Source: a virus (taxonomy: Duplodnaviria; Caudoviricetes). Taken from it: a stretch of DNA of 64,000 nucleotides. Shown piece by piece: positions 17,778 to 27,051 of this stretch (the first letter of the stretch is position 1; each line of letters begins with the position of its first letter). Location of the stretch: the IMG/VR virus record IMGVR_UViG_3300033074_001927, positions 1-64,000 of that record, one strand, 5' to 3'. The translations under genes and the position numbers were made by a program. The notes below the pieces were generated by a model. That model did not search any database, was not told where the DNA came from, and saw only the letters and a list, made by a program, of their open reading frames with translations.

Positions 17778-18791
17778 TTAGAACTGCCTAAGACCCCTAT
17801 ATGGAAGTCTATATTTTATTTTTATATATCTATTTATAAGATCGAGCTCGCTATTAGTTAGCACTCTACTAAATACCATTAGTTCGTAAATAAGACCTCT
17901 TAAGCCAACAAAAGACTCTTGATATGTTAATGAGGTGCCAAGAAAAAATGGCGTATCATCCTGCTCCATGTTGTCTGGGCCACCAGCCACATCATCGAAG
18001 GTAGGAGTAGCCTCATTAGAGTTCTCAACCCCATCAACAAAGGCCACCTCATTTTGCATTAGCTTTATGAACTCTTCTCTATCTGTTTTTGAAGCATCGC
18101 ACATTCCAATTAATAGCGTGCGGTCTTTTGCAAATACATCGATAAGAGTTTCTCCGTATGCTCCATCTCCAGAAGTTGAGTTCATTACTGTTATGTATGG
18201 AAAACTTGTACTGCCAGAATTTCCAACCGCGCCATGCAAATTGAGGGTATACCGCGTGTCAGCCTCTAAAACAGATCCCTTACTAACGATCTCTACTGCC
18301 TTGTCGTCATCTACTCCGTTAAATGCGCCTGGGCCATTTAACTGCTTATATGCAACAACGACCGTAAAAGATCCGTCCTCTGCAAAAACATCACTAAGTT
18401 GTTGGCCAAAACTTATTCCATTGAACCCATCAAAAGATATTGCCTTTGCTGGTGAACTAAGTTCTGTATCAGTAGTTAGCGAACACTTATTGGTTTCAAA
18501 GATACCACTCTGCTCACTAATTATTCCATTTGATGTTTTATCTGCAACATATTCAATTGTTGAGCCATCCAAAACTAATGAATCTGACGCCGACGGATCT
18601 ATCCACAACACCCTGTCTTCAATTAGACCTACAGAATCTTCTAGGGACTCAACTATTGCGCGATAGGTTTGTGGATCAAATGACTCAAGAACCTCATCCG
18701 TAACAGATGAGGATTCTGATATTTTTTGTCCACAATTCCTATAGGATAGTGGATTTTGTCCTATAGGCTCGCCTTCGCGCAAACTAGACAT
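17778..18791 (-). CDS. LamG/ConA-like lectin-fold virion protein
   Basis: LWIDPS, AISFDG, FTVVVA, FFLG...LRGLIYELMVFSRVLTNSELDLINRYIKIKY terminal motif. Confidence 0.75.
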   Translation of the reverse strand: MSSLREGEPIGQNPLSYRNCGQKISESSSVTDEVLESFDPQTYRAIVESLEDSVGLIEDRVLWIDPSASDSLVLDGSTIEYVADKTSNGIISEQSGIFETNKCSLTTDTELSSPAKAISFDGFNGISFGQQLSDVFAEDGSFTVVVAYKQLNGPGAFNGVDDDKAVEIVSKGSVLEADTRYTLNLHGAVGNSGSTSFPYITVMNSTSGDGAYGETLIDVFAKDRTLLIGMCDASKTDREEFIKLMQNEVAFVDGVENSNEATPTFDDVAGGPDNMEQDDTPFFLGTSLTYQESFVGLRGLIYELMVFSRVLTNSELDLINRYIKIKYRLPYRGLRQF

Positions 18792-19216
18792 TAGCTTTGA
18801 CCGAGGTATGAAACAGCAACACCAATACGAAGGTTTGTTGCTGCGCCAAGGTCGGCAGTTACAGCATAGTCTGCACGTATCACTGTTCCGGCATCAACAA
18901 TAACGGCATTTTGCCTATCCTTTGGCAAGAATACCGCATCAGCATCCGTTCCAGACGCCAGAGTTCCAGACGCTACTATAGCGCCGTCTGCTGAAATAGC
19001 ATACTCTATCTGTCCTACTATCGGAATGTTTGTTGAAGTAATAGTTATGCCCTTTATGTTGGCTTGGCGTGGCGCAGTCCACCTTCCTGCAGTAGTGTGC
19101 GAAACAACTCCAGACGCTCCAGTAACATTGATTTGCAGCACATCATCCATAAGGACTGGGCCAAAATCGGCGTGCCCCAGCAACTCTTTCATTTTTTGAC
19201 GGTGATAAACACTCAT
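18791..19216 (-). CDS. Putative virion (decoration-like) protein
   Basis: AGGAG SD; V/A/T/G-rich beta-sandwich-like composition. Confidence 0.55.
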   Translation of the reverse strand: MSVYHRQKMKELLGHADFGPVLMDDVLQINVTGASGVVSHTTAGRWTAPRQANIKGITITSTNIPIVGQIEYAISADGAIVASGTLASGTDADAVFLPKDRQNAVIVDAGTVIRADYAVTADLGAATNLRIGVAVSYLGQS

Positions 19217-19220
19217 GGTA

Positions 19221-19553
19221 CTAAACTCCTCTTAGATTTTGAATGAAAAAGTAAATTATGGGGACAATACCAGAGCCCATTATTACCCATTGAAATTTAA
19301 TATTTGAAACAAGTCCAGAAAGACTTCCGACAACCTTTTCTTCAGATTCTTTTATTTGTTCCATTATTTCTTGCTTGAAGCCATTGTGAAAGTGATTTGA
19401 TATCTTTTCAAGCTTTTGATCTTGCCGCTCATCTATTTCTTTATTGCGAAGCAATATTGCTTTTATTTCTTCTAATTGCTTTGTATTTTCTTTAGTAGCC
19501 TCTACTTGCACTTTTATGGCAAGCGTAAGAGCAGAAATTGCATTATCTTCCAC
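19221..19553 (-). CDS. Coiled-coil protein with C-terminal TM helix (holin/XhlA-like architecture)
   Basis: ORF track start 19577; GGAGG SD favours GTG 19553; terminal FQWVIMGSGIVPIIYFFI. Confidence 0.6.
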   Translation of the reverse strand: MEDNAISALTLAIKVQVEATKENTKQLEEIKAILLRNKEIDERQDQKLEKISNHFHNGFKQEIMEQIKESEEKVVGSLSGLVSNIKFQWVIMGSGIVPIIYFFIQNLRGV

Positions 19554-19581
19554 TTGCACACCTCCGCCAAGTATCAATTAC

Positions 19582-19589
19582 TTATACAC
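19582..19589 (-). promoter_or_regulatory. Candidate phage late promoter element GTGTATAA
   Basis: Intergenic; precedes block 19553-15466. Confidence 0.35.
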
Positions 19590-19594
19590 AAAAA

Positions 19595-20041
19595 TTACCA
19601 GCCGAGCATAAGAACGTAAGCCCTCTCTAGCGCAAGCCTAATGAGTTCTAACTCGTCAGAACTAACAGGTATGGAAATGACTTCTGATTTGCTGCCCTCC
19701 TTCATGGAGGCCGTAAGGTACAGGCCACCTGGTTGCCACTTAAATTTAATTATCTTATTGCCTTTTTCGTTTTTATGAAAAAGCTCAAGGTCTGCCGCCC
19801 CCTCTTTTGGCTCTGGAAGGCGCCCATAAAGCAGGGCAAGTATTTTGCCTATATCTGTGTGCCCAAGCTTTATTCTAATGCCATTTGCCCAATCATATGG
19901 CTTAGAACTATTCATTGGCGCATTTTGCTTGGCCATTTCTAAAAACACGCAGTCTTTATTTGACCCAAGCTTTAATTGAGCTACCGAGCCGCCAGATTCT
20001 TTTTTTGGCTTGTATATTCCGACAAAATCTCTTTTACTCAT
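19595..20041 (-). CDS. Whirly-like ssDNA-binding protein
   Basis: IYK, FLEMA, YDW...I.IKL..TDIGKI..L, ELFH, ISIPVSSDE, terminal MLGW match the plant Whirly domain as I recall it; ATG 20041 overlaps upstream stop (track start 20050). Confidence 0.7.
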   Translation of the reverse strand: MSKRDFVGIYKPKKESGGSVAQLKLGSNKDCVFLEMAKQNAPMNSSKPYDWANGIRIKLGHTDIGKILALLYGRLPEPKEGAADLELFHKNEKGNKIIKFKWQPGGLYLTASMKEGSKSEVISIPVSSDELELIRLALERAYVLMLGW

Positions 20042-20267
20042 ATTCGGCAACCTTTATAATTTTTTCCTTTACGCAAGAGCAGCGAGCCCTTGTTGATTTT
20101 CCACCAACTGGATGATATGTTACGATGCCTACTCCACTACATGTTTTACATGACCTTTTGGCCCTATATGTTGGCCTGTCAACCATTTTTATTTTTTTTC
20201 CACCCATTTGCTCGGAAGCTGAAATAATGTGCGCTTTACGCTCATCTTCGTTAATAAATATACTCAT
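20034..20267 (-). CDS. Small zinc-finger protein
   Basis: AKRSCKTCSGVG...RCSCV. Confidence 0.7.
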   Translation of the reverse strand: MSIFINEDERKAHIISASEQMGGKKIKMVDRPTYRAKRSCKTCSGVGIVTYHPVGGKSTRARCSCVKEKIIKVAEYE

Positions 20268-20917
20268 TTAGATTTCTCAGCCTTTATTTTCTTTGCAAGC
20301 AGCGCATTCATTTTTGACATAAGCTCCCTTCCTTCTAGTCTCGTAAAATCATCCACCCTGGCAACATCTCTAGGTATATCTAACAATGATATAATTTCTG
20401 TCTTACCGATTGCAAGTTTTGTCGCCATGTTGCGAATCAATACAACCTGATGTGGCTCTATAGGAGCGGTATCTTCTACTTGAAGAATGCGCGCATCCGC
20501 ATCACTTTTCTCTTCAACAGAACACATGCTTATTCCAAACGCCGTCCTTAGTGCTCGAGCCTTACTACGACTTTCTGCCATTGCAGTAGTATATAATTTG
20601 AAATTTCCATCACAATTATCTATGGTGGCATCAGCACTGCCCTCGTATTGGCAACCATCCACAAATTCATACCTGTATGTGCAATACATTCCTCGAGGAA
20701 GAGGTTCAAGCCTAACACAAATGGCAGCCTTAACACCCCGCTCCTTGGCGAGCCTTTCGAGTCCTCTTAGAAAAACAAACTGTTTGCCATCTTCTGTTTT
20801 TATTTCTTCTGGAAGCAAATCCTTACTATAGTCTTTTTTTATATCAAATATGACAGGATGGGGCCCTAAATGCTCAATTTTTCCCATATATCTAACTTTC
20901 TCCATCTTTAAAACCAA
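20264..20917 (-). CDS. Rad52/Sak-like single-strand annealing protein
   Basis: GLERLAKERG, YEGSADA...N, AMAESRSKARALRTAFGI.MCSVEE; helical C-terminal extension. Confidence 0.65.
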   Translation of the reverse strand: MVLKMEKVRYMGKIEHLGPHPVIFDIKKDYSKDLLPEEIKTEDGKQFVFLRGLERLAKERGVKAAICVRLEPLPRGMYCTYRYEFVDGCQYEGSADATIDNCDGNFKLYTTAMAESRSKARALRTAFGISMCSVEEKSDADARILQVEDTAPIEPHQVVLIRNMATKLAIGKTEIISLLDIPRDVARVDDFTRLEGRELMSKMNALLAKKIKAEKSK

Positions 20918-21527
20918 TCAAATCTCGAATATCTCCATGTATACAGAGTGGATTGGCTACATCAAGTTCTTTATCATTACCAAGAGCGTGCCAATCTCCG
21001 TATTGGCGACGGGCAAATAACTCTATTTTTCTCAACCCTCCGTCAGGAGGTGTAACTATTTTGTCTATTTTGCTATACAAAATGTCCGGCTTTCTACTAT
21101 GGCTAGTTCTCTCCGCCTCAAACTCTTGTTCTTCATTGTTTGTATAATGTTTTGGCCTCCCTCTTTTGCCAACCAATACTATTTCAGTAGATCCTTGGGC
21201 TCCACATGAGCGAGAAAAGTTTTTTGCCTTTTTACCGTTTACAGTGCGCTTACACCATACAAATGCGCACGTTCTATACTTAAATCCCCACTCTTCCATA
21301 ATTTCTATGCATTCAGGAAGGCGCGCCCATACGGCCCACATGAATAGCCAGCAATCTTTATTTGCTATACTACTTATGTGCAACCTTTTGCCTTCTTCTA
21401 TGGTCAACAAATCATATTGATCTTTTGCCTCATATTTCTTTTTCTTGCTATATATATTGACTTCAAATGGCCAAGGATAATCGGCCAATATAACATCGAA
21501 TTTGCCTAACTCTTTTGCAGTTCCCAT
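20892..21527 (-). CDS. MT-A70-family adenine methyltransferase
   Basis: FDVILADYPW, LFMW, WGFKY.T..FVW.K, TE..LVG.RG, HSRKP, IELFAR. Confidence 0.88.
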   Translation of the reverse strand: MGTAKELGKFDVILADYPWPFEVNIYSKKKKYEAKDQYDLLTIEEGKRLHISSIANKDCWLFMWAVWARLPECIEIMEEWGFKYRTCAFVWCKRTVNGKKAKNFSRSCGAQGSTEIVLVGKRGRPKHYTNNEEQEFEAERTSHSRKPDILYSKIDKIVTPPDGGLRKIELFARRQYGDWHALGNDKELDVANPLCIHGDIRDLIGFKDGES

Positions 21528-22084
21528 GTTCCACCGTGAGCTCCGTCTATTAGCGCGTCTATATAATCTGCCATATGCCCAATGAACGCTTCCATTGTAG
21601 CTGGCGATACGTTACTACCCCATTCTCTTCTTCCGTGATGACTAACTACTATGTGCAAAATATGGTCCATTTTAGACTTATCAACACCCATAGCAACGAG
21701 CGCTTCTCTTGCTATTGCAAAAGACATCGGAATATGATGATGTAACCTTCCGGCCTCTGTATGTCTAAAAAAAGATCCGTTTACATCTTCGTATGAATTT
21801 ATTTTGCCCAAATCCTGAAATATGCAGCCAGCTACAAGAACATCTCTGTCTATTTGTACATGCGGATAGTTGTCCGCTATTGCAAGAGCCATTTTGGTTA
21901 GACCGATGGTGTGCCTGGCCAAACCACCTCTCTCTATGTGATGTTTTGTAGCTCCTCCACATTGATTAAAAAAGCCTATGGCATACTCTTCTTCTATACC
22001 ATTTATTGCATAACGCACTGCTTCTCTGATATTTTTATCTTCTATTTTATTAACTAGCTGCCAAAATTCTTCAACCACCACCAT
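21506..22084 (-). CDS. HD-domain protein (YhaM-like HD domain; HD dyad reads QD)
   Basis: HH...GGLARHT, DRDVL.AG..FQDLGK..SY, HIVVSHHG..EWGS..P.T.EA...H.AD..DA. Confidence 0.8.
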   Translation of the reverse strand: MVVVEEFWQLVNKIEDKNIREAVRYAINGIEEEYAIGFFNQCGGATKHHIERGGLARHTIGLTKMALAIADNYPHVQIDRDVLVAGCIFQDLGKINSYEDVNGSFFRHTEAGRLHHHIPMSFAIAREALVAMGVDKSKMDHILHIVVSHHGRREWGSNVSPATMEAFIGHMADYIDALIDGAHGGTWELQKS

Positions 22085-22286
22085 CCTCCTCTAACCTTGC
22101 GCATGTAGATATGGCTCTATTTAAGATAATATCCATATCGTGCAAAAAGTCTGCATAACTATTTGCGTCAATTACAACATTTCCTTTTGAATTTTTTAGG
22201 TCAACAATTGGCCTATATTCTGATACAATGTAGGCCATTTCCATTATTACTTGATCCAGATCTATAATTATCTTCACTAGAAGCAC
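22071..22286 (-). CDS. Hypothetical protein
   Basis: Fills gap; start possibly GTG 22277. Confidence 0.55.
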   Translation of the reverse strand: MLLVKIIIDLDQVIMEMAYIVSEYRPIVDLKNSKGNVVIDANSYADFLHDMDIILNRAISTCARLEEDGGG

Positions 22287-23050
22287 TCTATAATAAATAG
22301 GCCTGGACCCTTATTATCCTCAATAAGCCTAACTATATTTTCAACCGTCCTTCTGACAAATGCCATAGAAGACGTTGTTGACATATCTCTACATCTTATT
22401 AGCGTCCAGCCAGATCCTACTAAGATAGAATTTTTCTTCTCATCCTTTTCCATTACTTTTGCCAAATTTTCTTCACCATATATTGGCAAAAAATGCGTTG
22501 CCCCATCCCATTCTATAGCAACCCTTTCTGAAGGTAAGCAAATATCAATCTCAAACACTCTTCCTGGCGTATATTCGTTTGTTCTCTGCTCTACAACATA
22601 ACCAATGGATGATAGCATATCGGCTACGGCATTCTCATTCTTGCTACCATCTTTGGCTTTTGCCGTATTTGCTGCATGCATTTTGCGTATTATCTCTGCC
22701 TTGTCCTTGTCCGACATTGAAGACCATTTTTCTTTTGCAACAGATGCCAAGGTGTCTTTTCTGTCTTGAACCTCCTCCTCTGTTAGCTTATCCCAAAATG
22801 TCTGCAGCCCCTTAGAGATACGCAGCTTTTCCTCATCTGTTCTGTGTCGCCCCTGGGTTGGTGTTCCATTTCTTTCTATATTTATTTTTTGTGCTGTACC
22901 CTTGTCTCTAAGCGGGATGCCATTTCTTTTTAGCTCCCTTCTTATCGTCATTGGGAAAACGCCATGCTCTTTGGCTATATCGCTAGTGCTGCGACGCTTC
23001 TCCACAAATTCAACTTCAAGATATCTCGGGTCTTTCCATATAGCAGACAT
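22277..23050 (-). CDS. Free-standing homing-endonuclease-like protein (HTH/NUMOD3 plus Vsr/DUF559-like nuclease)
   Basis: STSDIAKEHGV...TIRR HTH, GRHRTDEEKLRIS NUMOD3-like, FEIDI...VAIEWDG..HF, GWTLIR. Confidence 0.75.
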   Translation of the reverse strand: MSAIWKDPRYLEVEFVEKRRSTSDIAKEHGVFPMTIRRELKRNGIPLRDKGTAQKINIERNGTPTQGRHRTDEEKLRISKGLQTFWDKLTEEEVQDRKDTLASVAKEKWSSMSDKDKAEIIRKMHAANTAKAKDGSKNENAVADMLSSIGYVVEQRTNEYTPGRVFEIDICLPSERVAIEWDGATHFLPIYGEENLAKVMEKDEKKNSILVGSGWTLIRCRDMSTTSSMAFVRRTVENIVRLIEDNKGPGLFIIECF

Positions 23051-23053
23051 TAT

Positions 23054-23809
23054 TTATTCCTCCGGCCATCTAATATAGGCCACATATTCAGTCCTATCAA
23101 CGGTGCCACCTCTGCGAAGATTTGGAACCTTTCTTTTTGCTACAACGCGCCAATCGTGCCCTGGAAATAGTTCAGGCGCCCCATCTCCGTACGTAAATAT
23201 GATTGGACATGATGTTTTGTCTATAATATTTCTAACTGCCGCAATATTATTTGAATGATCAAAATTTATATTATTTCCTCTATCTTTATAATTGCCAAGC
23301 GTACCTGCATATGGAGGATCTAGAAAGATAAGGCAGCCATCTCCTTGCTCAAAGTCTGCCGCATCTCCATTCGTGTAGAATATGTTCTTTACAGCATCAA
23401 GCGAAGTCCTGACGGCATTCCAATTTATTCCATGCTTTTTATATACTGTCCAACTACTAAGTTGACCAACAACAACGCTGGCACACATTAGTCTTAAGAA
23501 ATTTATTTGCCCAACAGAAAGCGCGCCCCTGTGGTCTTTTAAATTGTCCTTGTCCTTAATGTTGTTGTTATAATAGTCTTCAAGCCAGTCAATATTTTTT
23601 TTATCACAAGACTGTAGCCACCACCAAACCTCACACAGATCTCTGTTCTTCTCAATCCCTACAGCATAGAATTGAGTATAAAAAAGACTATATGCCATAC
23701 TTCCTGCGTATGGCTCAAGTATATATTTTGTGCCATTTGGGGGGCGCCTATATTCCTTAACATACCTTGTTTTACTTCCGCTATATCTAAACGGCTTATG
23801 CAAACTCAT
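23054..23809 (-). CDS. Dam/D12-class DNA adenine methyltransferase
   Basis: PFRYSGSK, EPYAGS, IFLDPPY. Confidence 0.88.
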   Translation of the reverse strand: MSLHKPFRYSGSKTRYVKEYRRPPNGTKYILEPYAGSMAYSLFYTQFYAVGIEKNRDLCEVWWWLQSCDKKNIDWLEDYYNNNIKDKDNLKDHRGALSVGQINFLRLMCASVVVGQLSSWTVYKKHGINWNAVRTSLDAVKNIFYTNGDAADFEQGDGCLIFLDPPYAGTLGNYKDRGNNINFDHSNNIAAVRNIIDKTSCPIIFTYGDGAPELFPGHDWRVVAKRKVPNLRRGGTVDRTEYVAYIRWPEE

Positions 23810-24062
23810 CTAACCTAGACCTCTCATCTAATATGAGTCGTGTTTTATCTAAATTGTCCAGGTCTTCTCTTGCTTTTATTTTCTTTATATTCTCTGCAAC
23901 ATCGACATACATTGTATAGTAAGGAATCTTTTTTAAATGCTGCTTTACCTCATCATTTGTTAGATTTAGTTTTACGGTAAAGTGCTTCATTGTTGCACCA
24001 GCATGAACAAGCGCCAAAAACTCTTTCATTTCATTAATTTTTAACTGTCGACCACAGTTCAT
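23796..24062 (-). CDS. Hypothetical protein
   Basis: GAGG SD; packed in operon. Confidence 0.65.
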   Translation of the reverse strand: MNCGRQLKINEMKEFLALVHAGATMKHFTVKLNLTNDEVKQHLKKIPYYTMYVDVAENIKKIKAREDLDNLDKTRLILDERSRLDEFA

Positions 24063-24075
24063 TTTGCCACCTCAT

Positions 24076-25047
24076 CTACGACGCATTTTTGTGTCTTTTT
24101 ATGTCAGCGTCAACCATTGAATTTACCAAGTCTACAAAACTATATTGCGGAGACCATGATAGAGTATTTTTTGCCTTTGTCGCATTTCCGCATAACGTAG
24201 TCACATCATTTGGCCTAGAAAACCTTTCGTCGTAAGTAACATATTGACGCCAATCAAGCCCAACCCTCGAAAACGCTATTGACAAAAATTCCCTTATTGT
24301 GTGCTTTTCTCCAGTAGCAACAACATAGTCATCTGGACAGGTATGGGAAAGCATTGCCGCCATAGCCTCGCAATAGTCTGCCGCATGGCCCCAATCTCGC
24401 TCACTGTCCAGATTACCAAGCGCTATTGAAGCGGCCTTTCCGCTTGCTATTCTTGCAACCCCGTCCGTTATTTTACGGGTCACAAACTCGAGGCCGCGCC
24501 TTTCTGATTCGTGGTTGAACAATATGCCATTACAGGCAAACATGCCATAAGACTCTCTATATATTTTTGTACAATGAAACCCAAAGCACTTTGCTGCAGC
24601 ATATGGAGATATTGGATTAAATGGCGTCTTTTCTGACTGTATCGGCTCTAGCACCCTGCCAAACATTTCAGAAGAAGCCGCATTATAAAACTTTGTGTCT
24701 GGCTTTGTATCTCTTAACGCCTCTAGGCATACAAGCGTGGCAAGGCCGGTTGCGTTTGACGTATGTATCGGCTCTGACCATGAAACTCCAACGAACGACT
24801 GTGCGGCCAAATGATAGAATTCATCAGGAGAGTGCGACTGTATCAACCTGCGCATATTTCCACTATCTGTAACATCTCCAAATTCTAAAATAAAGTTTTT
24901 ATTATCACGAAGATGCTCGATTCTCCAATTGTCTGGACTTCCGCTTCTCCTAGCGACTCCAATAACTTTATATCCGCGCGCAAGAAGTATGTCAGAGAGA
25001 TAAGAGCCGTCCTGGCCCCTAACTCCTGTTATAATTGCTGTTTTCAT
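24076..25047 (-). CDS. gmd: GDP-mannose 4,6-dehydratase
   Basis: AIITGVRGQDGSYL, YHLAAQSFV, SSEMFG, SPYAAAK, GILFNHES.RRG.EFVTRKI, LGNLDSERDWGHA. Confidence 0.96.
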   Translation of the reverse strand: MKTAIITGVRGQDGSYLSDILLARGYKVIGVARRSGSPDNWRIEHLRDNKNFILEFGDVTDSGNMRRLIQSHSPDEFYHLAAQSFVGVSWSEPIHTSNATGLATLVCLEALRDTKPDTKFYNAASSEMFGRVLEPIQSEKTPFNPISPYAAAKCFGFHCTKIYRESYGMFACNGILFNHESERRGLEFVTRKITDGVARIASGKAASIALGNLDSERDWGHAADYCEAMAAMLSHTCPDDYVVATGEKHTIREFLSIAFSRVGLDWRQYVTYDERFSRPNDVTTLCGNATKAKNTLSWSPQYSFVDLVNSMVDADIKRHKNAS

Positions 25048-25363
25048 TTTTCCAACCACCTATTTGGTCAAAATCCTTAATATCTCCACTATACTCATAC
25101 ACGTACGCCATTCCCGCAAATAGCCCCTGCCTATTGTAGGCCCTGACAATCTTTCTATTAAAAAGATGTGGACAGCCCTCATACCTGTCTAAATATTCAA
25201 GATCTTCTCCTGTTACTTTTGTTAGTTGTCCCCATATCTTGTCCCTATATCCTCCGGTCTTTGCTCCAGGAAACCACGAAGATACCTGGTATAGACGTCC
25301 ATAAATATAAAAATCATCAGTAACATGGTCTTTTTTAAGCGTTCCGTAAACAAACAGATTCAT
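25019..25363 (-). CDS. Gamma-glutamylcyclotransferase (AIG2/GGCT-like)
   Basis: LFVYGTLK, FPG, LDRYEG.P.LF.R, AYVY. Confidence 0.88.
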   Translation of the reverse strand: MNLFVYGTLKKDHVTDDFYIYGRLYQVSSWFPGAKTGGYRDKIWGQLTKVTGEDLEYLDRYEGCPHLFNRKIVRAYNRQGLFAGMAYVYEYSGDIKDFDQIGGWKNENSNYNRS

Positions 25364-26124
25364 TATGAGCCCTCACAAATAGACAGCATGTCTCTATATA
25401 GTAACCTTAGTCTTGATATAGAATTGTTTTGTAAAGCCTCCTCTAGGCGAGCCAATTCTTCTTTAGCATAAAACTCTATTCTCTGACTTAGTACAACGTA
25501 ATTATTTATTAATTCTTTAAGAATATTGTTGCCGCCACCTCTTCTAGATTCCCTTAAGAGAGAGTAGTGAAACACGTTTCCTTTATCAAATATTTTTATA
25601 TCGTCTTTTACGTAAGCGCAATTTACCGGACTTATGTCTAGGTCTATATATCCAATATCAAGTAGCCACAATTTATGCTTAAAATGCACAATAGCGCACT
25701 CTTTTTGCATTTCTGTATTTTGAAATGGCTTAGACGTGATTGGTTCATCAACCATATCCACATCAGATAGGATGCCAAGACAGTTTGTAGTATATGGACT
25801 TAAACTAGCTATCCTGTATCTTATTGTTGCAGATCTTGCAACATCATATCCCCTGCACCAAATCTTTTTTATAAAACCACTTGTTGTGCATGAATTTAGA
25901 TCATCTGACTTTCTTACATATAGAAATGATTTATCCCCCCTTATTGGGCCGAAGAAGTATTCCTCCATTGGGGGCAAGCAGCCAACAACAGATACTATTC
26001 CAGTTGGCAAAATAAATGATGCTAGTTTTTTTGCAAAAAGCGATTCTGGTACAGACGCGTCTACACTTCTATCTGCCTCCCAGTAAGTCCTTTCAGAGAT
26101 GGGACTATAGTCAAATAAGCGCAT
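25363..26124 (-). CDS. Hypothetical protein
   Basis: 253 aa, TAATG coupling to GGCT; no recognised motif. Confidence 0.7.
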   Translation of the reverse strand: MRLFDYSPISERTYWEADRSVDASVPESLFAKKLASFILPTGIVSVVGCLPPMEEYFFGPIRGDKSFLYVRKSDDLNSCTTSGFIKKIWCRGYDVARSATIRYRIASLSPYTTNCLGILSDVDMVDEPITSKPFQNTEMQKECAIVHFKHKLWLLDIGYIDLDISPVNCAYVKDDIKIFDKGNVFHYSLLRESRRGGGNNILKELINNYVVLSQRIEFYAKEELARLEEALQNNSISRLRLLYRDMLSICEGS

Positions 26125-26190
26125 ATATCAAGAAAAACGCTAGTAGAAAGATAAATATTATCAAATCTGTTTTATAGCAAGAATTGCACA

Positions 26191-27051
26191 TCATTTTTTT
26201 ACAATATCCCGCATTACTTTTTGCCATTTTTTGTCTGCTCCATCCACCTTTATACCACCAGGCAGCACGGCTATGCCGCCTTTTATTGCAACATCATAAG
26301 AGGTCCACGCACTGCCGTCATTTCTGACCCAAACAAGCGACACGCCATGAACCCAATCTGTTGGGTTATGCGCCATGTATAGCGGCTGTAGTTTTGACAA
26401 ACATCCTGGACTCCAGGCCTGTAGCCGCCTTGAAGTTATTGGATCCTTTGCCGTATACATCTGCGCCCTGTGAGTATGGCCGTGCACTACGCTGTATGAC
26501 CTTGCCAACGCTAAATGGTTTGCGGCGGCATGTCTAGCAAAAGACCATCCATGTATGGCTATTAAATCTCTAGCTATTTTGTAGTGTGGAAGCGGGGCTC
26601 CTGGTTTTGGAACATAATCAATATATGTCCATTTTACTTTTCTGTCCTCTGACAGGAGACGTTTAGGCGAAACAAGTTCGGCTATTCCGGCCCCAAGGTG
26701 GCCAAGATCAACAACAGACCTCTCCACTCTATGTTCGTGATTTCCTGCCAAATATGCAATCTCGCCGGTATTTGTTTCGCAAAAATTCAATAGTCGCGTC
26801 ATTGGCACTATTTCTCCGCGAAAGTATGATGCCGCCCTGTCCTCTAGAAGAGATCCCTTTGGGTGCCTAGAAAACGACTCACAGTCAAGTCCATCTCCTA
26901 AGAAAACTGTCTTTTCTGGCTTTAGTGCATCATGAATCGCCATTGCACATCCAACAGCCCTATTGTCTTGATGTGGGAAGTGAATGTCTGGCCAAACCAT
27001 GACAAGGTGCGAGCCATCCCTCGGCGCCGGTATTACTTGTTTCTTGGGCAT
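26191..27051 (-). CDS. Calcineurin-like metallophosphoesterase
   Basis: PDIHFP, LGDGLD, GNHE, IHG, HGHTH. Confidence 0.9.
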   Translation of the reverse strand: MPKKQVIPAPRDGSHLVMVWPDIHFPHQDNRAVGCAMAIHDALKPEKTVFLGDGLDCESFSRHPKGSLLEDRAASYFRGEIVPMTRLLNFCETNTGEIAYLAGNHEHRVERSVVDLGHLGAGIAELVSPKRLLSEDRKVKWTYIDYVPKPGAPLPHYKIARDLIAIHGWSFARHAAANHLALARSYSVVHGHTHRAQMYTAKDPITSRRLQAWSPGCLSKLQPLYMAHNPTDWVHGVSLVWVRNDGSAWTSYDVAIKGGIAVLPGGIKVDGADKKWQKVMRDIVKK

